Shown: piece after piece, positions 59,690-64,000 of the stretch
Layout: each line of letters opens with the position of its first letter
How positions within the stretch are numbered: position 1 is the stretch's first letter
IMG/VR virus record: IMGVR_UViG_3300031994_000051
Coordinates: 1-64,000 of that record
Reading direction: 5' to 3' (one strand)
DNA length: 64,000 bases
Source: a virus
Taxonomy: Duplodnaviria > Heunggongvirae > Uroviricota > Caudoviricetes
Made by a program: the position numbers and the translations under genes
Notes under the pieces: model-generated
What the model was told of the DNA's origin: nothing
The model's input: only the letters and a program-made list of their open reading frames with translations
Databases searched by the model: none

Positions 59690-60313
59690 ATGAATATGAA
59701 GGACAAACTTTTATCTCATGAATCGAAGCTGCAATCCGAACTTGCAGCAATCATGGAAAAACGGTGTGCGGTCAGGAAGGAACTGGAATCCTTGACATCA
59801 TCAATGCTTTTCAGAATGGGCGGATCGATCGACATTGACAACATTGATTCTCCATTATGCGTGTCGTATGACGGAGGCAACCATCCAGAGTACGCATCCG
59901 ATCTTTATGCCTCAGTGGAGACTGTCCGTGCTGTAGGCGGATCATTCGAGGTTGACCTGAACGACTGTGAGCCTAACGTGTATGCGGATCGTCTGTCTTT
60001 CGATGATGTGTGTGCCGTACACGACGCTATCGCTGGATTGTACAGAAGCTGCAACGCTGTTATTTTCGACGCAATCTTAGATGTATTCGGACCTTATATC
60101 GAAAAGATCTTTACCAGCAACGGCACGAGTCCTTATAATATAGAAGTGTCTGGCGGAGCTATCAAAGTTTTATTAAACACAACAGATCGCAGACATTTTC
60201 AGCAAACAAAGATCGATAGTATTGTCTGCAAGTTCCCAGACAGGATCGATAGCGGAGAGTTCCAATATGATCCGAGAAAAAAACCTATGCTTGTGTTCAA
60301 GTTGACGGAATAA
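59690..60313 (+). CDS. array cassette 17: hypothetical protein
   Basis: Promoter 59618-59655; terminator 60358-60398. Confidence 0.55.
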   Translation: MNMKDKLLSHESKLQSELAAIMEKRCAVRKELESLTSSMLFRMGGSIDIDNIDSPLCVSYDGGNHPEYASDLYASVETVRAVGGSFEVDLNDCEPNVYADRLSFDDVCAVHDAIAGLYRSCNAVIFDAILDVFGPYIEKIFTSNGTSPYNIEVSGGAIKVLLNTTDRRHFQQTKIDSIVCKFPDRIDSGEFQYDPRKKPMLVFKLTE

Positions 60314-60740
60314 ACATAAGACTGAACCATAATTCTCGACACATACTTGCTTTTATGGAAAAGTCCCGATCCAATTCGATCAGGGCTTTTCTTTTTTATG
60401 CAAAGACGAAACCACGACTCATCGTTCATTCTTTACCGAAACTTCAGGATCCGACTGGGATCCTTGAATTCCGATCCAGATCATTTAAGCTGCGATCTCA
60501 CGCGATCGATACAATGTTAGCCGATCGATCGAATAATCATACATCATAAGTTAAGTATGTTATATACATGATAAACAATATGTTATGAATATAATCGGAC
60601 AAAATCGGACAAAATTCGATCGTGAACCAGAGCATTTGATCGCAACTTAAAAGGATCTGGATCGGTTTTATGATCCCAGAGGGATCCATGACCTGTGCAG
60701 GAGTATTCTTTATACTTCTTGTCAAAATAAATATAGAAAC

Positions 60741-60777
60741 TTTCCTATATAAAATAACAGGAATTTTATATAGGAAA
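60741..60777. repeat. 37-bp palindrome (15-bp arms) tttcctatataaaat-aacagga-attttatataggaaa upstream of cassette 18
   Basis: Arms are exact reverse complements. Direct repeat aatcggacaaaatcggacaaaattcgatcg at 60593-60622 upstream. Confidence 0.7.
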
Positions 60778-60793
60778 ACTTCAAGAAATTTCT

Positions 60794-61066
60794 ATGGAAA
60801 AATTTTATACTTTTGATGGAGAGAATATTTCCGAAGACGACATAAGGGGAGTGTTCTCGGAAAACCCAGATTGCGGCATGGCTGTCGTATATACAGAGCG
60901 TACTGGTGGAAGGGAACTGGTTAACGGAAGGATGACATGGATCGATCGCGTCCAGACAAAGGTTATTCCGTTCGCTAAGAGGAAACCAGCTTTGGACTAC
61001 ATTGGGTTCCTGAGATCCCAGACGAACCGATCGATCTCGGACATGCACATAGAGGTTGCTGACTGA
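60794..61066 (+). CDS. array cassette 18: hypothetical protein (atypical upstream region)
   Basis: No class-II promoter. Preceded by a 37-bp palindrome 60741-60777. Confidence 0.4.
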   Translation: MEKFYTFDGENISEDDIRGVFSENPDCGMAVVYTERTGGRELVNGRMTWIDRVQTKVIPFAKRKPALDYIGFLRSQTNRSISDMHIEVAD

Positions 61067-61177
61067 AGTGAAGAGAGCTGCTGGCGCTGGTTAGGATCCC
61101 AGTGGGATCCTTTCTTGGACCGAGGAGATGGTCGTTACGGGCGATGATCGATCGTTGTCGAAAAATATCAGAAAAAG

Positions 61178-61215
61178 CTTGACACGTATTGATATTTTTC
61201 GTATCTTTGCACCGT
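61178..61215 (+). promoter_or_regulatory. class-II promoter
   Basis: CTTGACAcgtattgatatttttcgTATCTTTGCAccgt. Confidence 0.6.
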
Positions 61216-61253
61216 CAAACAAAGTAAGACTAACCGATCAAAATCACAACATT

Positions 61254-61841
61254 ATGGCAAACTGGGCATTAGTAACTTATAAATGCGAGTGCAGGGACAA
61301 CCAGCAGGCTGAGGCTTTCACCAAGCTTCTGGACAAACTGAAATCTTTGCCGAAACCATACGCCGAATCAGACTTCGGAAACCTTTGGATGGGATGTGTG
61401 GTGAAGGCACTGGGTGGAGACCCCGACGAAATCAAATGCAGGGGTAAGATATTTGATGACTACGATATTGACGGAAATGTGGTCACTCTCGTCACAGAAC
61501 AGGCTTGGAGTGAGCAGGAGGAGTTCCGCCACCTTGTTGAGGAGACGTATCCTGGCATGAAAATCTGGTATTGCTGCGAAGAGTCCAACGAAGGCATTTA
61601 TTGCACAAACGACACGGAAAGAAAGTTCTTCAAGAGCTGGTACTACCTTGACTACGAAGACGGAGGTGAGTATTTCGACACAATAGAACAGGCTGCGGAG
61701 TTCGTCAGCGACAAGATTGGTATACCAGTCGAGCCTACGATCGAATCGATCGAGGAAGAGATTGAGAAATACCAAGAGGATAACGACTGGTCTGACGAAA
61801 GCTGGATGAATTTTTACGTATTCGATATAATCGACGACTGA
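61254..61841 (+). CDS. array cassette 19: hypothetical protein
   Basis: Promoter 61178-61215; terminator 61877-61915. Confidence 0.55.
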   Translation: MANWALVTYKCECRDNQQAEAFTKLLDKLKSLPKPYAESDFGNLWMGCVVKALGGDPDEIKCRGKIFDDYDIDGNVVTLVTEQAWSEQEEFRHLVEETYPGMKIWYCCEESNEGIYCTNDTERKFFKSWYYLDYEDGGEYFDTIEQAAEFVSDKIGIPVEPTIESIEEEIEKYQEDNDWSDESWMNFYVFDIIDD

Positions 61842-61876
61842 CAAAGGTTGTTTTCATAGGTTCAAATATTGTTTTT

Positions 61877-61915
61877 CCGCTGGGTTTGGTTTTCATTCCC
61901 AGCGGTTTTTCTTTG
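61877..61915 (+). terminator. intrinsic terminator (cassette 19)
   Basis: ccgctggg...cccagcgg + T-run. Confidence 0.65.
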
Positions 61916-62084
61916 TTGCCGACACAAAAAACTCTGAAGTGGCAGGAGATGAGCTGATCTGGATCGATCCCATTGGGATCCGTTTCTGGGCCACGGGTGC
62001 CTTCGGCGTTCTCGGATCCAGATGGGATCGTTGGATTCCAGAATTTTTCTTGGAATTTTTCTGGAAAATTTTTTCGAGATTTTT

Positions 62085-62122
62085 CTTGGATCGTATTGAT
62101 ATTTTTCGTATCTTTGCATCGT
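62085..62122 (+). promoter_or_regulatory. class-II promoter
   Basis: cttggatcgtattgatatttttcgTATCTTTGCAtcgt. Confidence 0.6.
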
Positions 62123-62145
62123 CAAACAATAAAACAGAAAACACT

Positions 62146-62934
62146 ATGAAAAACATTGAAAAGTATTGTCCTGTATGTGGACACAAGTTCGTTCAAGGAG
62201 AAAGCGAATACAACAACGAAACGGCTAACACTGACTATGTTTGCACAGAATGTGGTTGGGAAGGAACTCACGATCAAGTTCTCGATACTGACAAAATCAT
62301 CGAGGATCTTGTTGATGAAATCGACAATGAAGGCATTGAAATCACAACAGAGGATGCAACCAACGTAATTAAGGAGATCCGTTGTGGAGAAAGTTACGAA
62401 AACGCGATCAAGTCGATCGTCAACGGAATACTGGATTGTCTCGGCAATGAAGATGACATCGATCTTTCCGACAAGCTCCAGACCTACAATGGAAGCTACA
62501 ACAAGCGCACCCTCAAAAAAGATGGTCTTTGTATCGTCACTTGGCCAGATTCCCAATCGCTTTGCGAGATGGAAAATTTCTGGGAACACGCTTGGCTTAT
62601 AAATGACGACTACGGCCTTAGAAGGTTCGGATCCTGCGCCTATGTCGTTGAGGAGGACTGGTACACGGAAAATGACATTATTCCAAACGATCTGGTTGAT
62701 ACGATTAGGAGAGCCATTGATCGAATTGGATGCAACGGATTAATCAATGTTGAAAACGACGGGATCGAATTATGTGATGGTGAGGATCCAGAAGGAAACC
62801 CAGAAGGGGAATGGCACTATGTCACCGAGATATTGCCTTGTGGGTTGAAGATGGACAACGGGGATTTCTATGAATACTCGGATCTGTCTGAAAGTGAACT
62901 TGAAAAGGTGCTGGACTATGTAAACGGTATCTGA
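62146..62934 (+). CDS. array cassette 20: hypothetical protein with N-terminal Zn-ribbon (CPVCGH...CTECGW)
   Basis: Promoter 62085-62122; terminator 62956-62998. Confidence 0.6.
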   Translation: MKNIEKYCPVCGHKFVQGESEYNNETANTDYVCTECGWEGTHDQVLDTDKIIEDLVDEIDNEGIEITTEDATNVIKEIRCGESYENAIKSIVNGILDCLGNEDDIDLSDKLQTYNGSYNKRTLKKDGLCIVTWPDSQSLCEMENFWEHAWLINDDYGLRRFGSCAYVVEEDWYTENDIIPNDLVDTIRRAIDRIGCNGLINVENDGIELCDGEDPEGNPEGEWHYVTEILPCGLKMDNGDFYEYSDLSESELEKVLDYVNGI

Positions 62935-62955
62935 TATAAAAAAATAAAAACAGAT

Positions 62956-62998
62956 AAAACCGATCGATCACAATTGGGTGATCGATCGGTTTTCTTTT
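62956..62998 (+). terminator. intrinsic terminator (cassette 20)
   Basis: aaaaccgatcgatcacaattgggtgatcgatcggtttt. Confidence 0.75.
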
Positions 62999-63124
62999 TA
63001 TAAACTATTCGGACGACAGATATGAGCAGATCGCATGGAACATGAGATCCCAGTGGGATCAGACTTCCAGTGAAGAAGACTCGTCGAATTCAGAAAAAAT
63101 AATATAGATTTTCCTTGCGTGGTA

Positions 63125-63162
63125 TCATATTTTTTCGTATCTTTGCACCGTAATTCAAAAAC
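63125..63162 (+). promoter_or_regulatory. class-II promoter
   Basis: CTTGCGTggtatcatattttttcgTATCTTTGCAccgt. Confidence 0.6.
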
Positions 63163-63171
63163 AGGAACAAT

Positions 63172-63864
63172 ATGAAAACAGAACAGCCAAGATGGGAAAA
63201 CGATTCCCCAATTCAAATCAACATCAGTATCAATGTGGAGAACGGAAAGATCAACGGAGCGAGGGAGTTCGCCGATCTCCTTTGCTCGAAACATCTTCAC
63301 GTCAAGGGCTATAGGATCCGCTTCACACAGAAACGCAACAACAAGAAGATCGTTGTCGTAGAGGCCAACTATCATATAATCGGAACTATTGACATACGCA
63401 AAGGCTATGTTTTCGGGAGCAATTGCATCATGTATGGTTCACCAGACAGGGAGAACGAAGGCAGCAAACAGGTAATCTCAGTACTTTTCCACGACGTATG
63501 CGGAATGAGAAACGAAATCGCCAGAGTGGAGAACGGTATGCTCAACACGTCCGACATCGAGCTTGCCCAGAGGATAGTCAACATCTACTCGGATTTCGTC
63601 GAGAGGATGATCGTACCAGTTACAAGTGAAAACTCCAAGTTCGACAAGATCTGCGACATAGTGTTGTCACTCAAAAAGTTTAACGGAAGGATTGTCGTCG
63701 ACGACAACACAAGACTGGATGCCAACGCCAATGGGAAACCAATTATCGTGAAGATAATCAAATACGGTGGAGTGTGTGACAACTATGGGGAAGATCACTT
63801 CTTTTATGAACTGGACGACAGATCCCTTGAATTAATAAAGGAATACATCGAAAGACAAAGATAA
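63172..63864 (+). CDS. array cassette 21: hypothetical protein
   Basis: Promoter 63125-63162; terminator 63884-63927. Confidence 0.6.
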   Translation: MKTEQPRWENDSPIQINISINVENGKINGAREFADLLCSKHLHVKGYRIRFTQKRNNKKIVVVEANYHIIGTIDIRKGYVFGSNCIMYGSPDRENEGSKQVISVLFHDVCGMRNEIARVENGMLNTSDIELAQRIVNIYSDFVERMIVPVTSENSKFDKICDIVLSLKKFNGRIVVDDNTRLDANANGKPIIVKIIKYGGVCDNYGEDHFFYELDDRSLELIKEYIERQR

Positions 63865-63883
63865 ACGGCATTGCATATTCTGT

Positions 63884-63927
63884 CGCCGATCGATCGCAAT
63901 TGGGTGATCGATCGGCTTTCTTTTTTG
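63884..63927 (+). terminator. intrinsic terminator (cassette 21)
   Basis: cgccgatcgatcgcaattgggtgatcgatcggc + T-run; near-duplicate of the cassette-20 terminator. Confidence 0.75.
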
Positions 63928-64000
63928 TGCCACCCAGAAATATCCCAAGAGGAAAGGATGATGCTGAGCTGGACGGGATCCCACTGGGATCGATCTTGGC

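Larger units (their letters stand above)
44433..63993. repeat. dispersed family of ~54 copies of a 17-bp perfect palindrome GGATCCCAnTGGGATCC (often extended by CGATC), confined to intergenic spacers of the cassette array
   Basis: Copies start near 44433, 44708, 44811, 44906, 45322, 45670, 45764, 45859, 45944, 46050, 46488, 46581, 46678, 46760, 46847, 47533, 47626, 47733, 48680, 48751, 49012, 49073, 49705, 49808, 49910, 50036, 50829, 50938, 51619, 51722, 51825, 52658, 52734, 52849, 52944, 53035, 53861, 53966, 54058, 54886, 54988, 55805, 56584, 57607, 58441, 58511, 59510, 60439, 60670, 61093, 61961, 62024, 63046, 63976. None seen in 1-44000. Confidence 0.85.

Noticed and set aside
44750-63993. 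Many 60-150-codon ORF-track ORFs lying in array spacers (e.g. 45720..45908, 46379..46657, 48532..48993, 49521..49880, 52641..52877, 53771..54178, 54732..55148, 58309..58608)
   Set aside because: They span the palindromes and give recurrent DPNGI/IPLGSI/DPIGI translations. They cross terminators and promoters and lack the class-II promoter plus A-rich leader that every credible cassette gene has
44433-63993. CRISPR array interpretation of the regularly spaced 17-bp repeats
   Set aside because: The repeats are perfect palindromes with irregular spacing. The 'spacers' contain promoters, terminators and whole genes. No cas genes and no leader
44750-64000. Integron (cassette array with attC sites)
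   Set aside because: No integrase or attI. Each cassette has its own promoter and terminator. The repeats are short perfect palindromes, not attC-like imperfect 60-120-bp sites. The T4 PeSL analogy fits better, but the comparison is kept in the findings
1-64000. tRNA genes
   Set aside because: No cloverleaf-compatible segment could be recognised by eye in the non-coding blocks. Not excluded without tRNAscan-SE

Overview
This window reads as part of a large virulent-type dsDNA phage, probably infecting a Bacteroidota host. Host inference rests on the recurrent promoter motif TTCCGTATATTTGCA (Bacteroidetes -7 consensus TAnnTTTG with a -33 TTG element), A-rich leaders without Shine-Dalgarno, and frequent ATGA start/stop overlaps. 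Region 1 (1 to ~25.3 kb): the 3' end of the terminase large subunit, then a replication and proteostasis block. It holds a ZBD-less ClpX-like ATPase, a guanylate-kinase-like P-loop kinase, a clamp-loader ATPase, a 5'-3' flap/RNaseH-like nuclease, an HD hydrolase, and a complete Hsp70 system (DnaK, GrpE-like, DnaJ). On the minus strand are an Amidase_3 endolysin, a 922-aa protein, two tandem paralogs, and an operon of an HxGH nucleotidyltransferase, a Zn-finger protein and a Pol-beta-type nucleotidyltransferase. Region 2 (25.4 to 43.0 kb): a plus-strand series of mostly small hypothetical genes, largely tightly packed. It includes a membrane module (OmpA-like outer-membrane protein, NfeD-like protein, SPFH/flotillin with long Ala/Glu/Lys coiled coil). 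Region 3 (43.0 to 45.0 kb) is non-coding. It contains an ~870-nt G-depleted A+C-rich tract, then TTCCG-core iterons (two 25-bp repeats and nine 12-bp repeats), a 14-bp palindrome and an AT-rich stretch; this looks like an origin or terminus. Region 4 (44.4 to 64.0 kb) is a highly regular array of at least 23 autonomous single-gene units on both strands. Each unit has a near-identical ~38-bp class-II promoter (CTTGACA-N16/17-TATCTTTGCAtCGT) and its own hairpin terminator. The units are separated by long spacers carrying about 54 copies of a 17-bp perfect palindrome, GGATCCCAnTGGGATCC, which never falls inside a coding region. Cargo proteins are small, diverse and unrecognisable. This array is the most unusual structure in the window. 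It resembles the promoter-plus-stem-loop modular shuffling regions of T4-type phages more than any standard feature class. No tRNA, CRISPR array or integrase was recognised. All functional calls are from motif-level reading of the translations and are unverified by database search.
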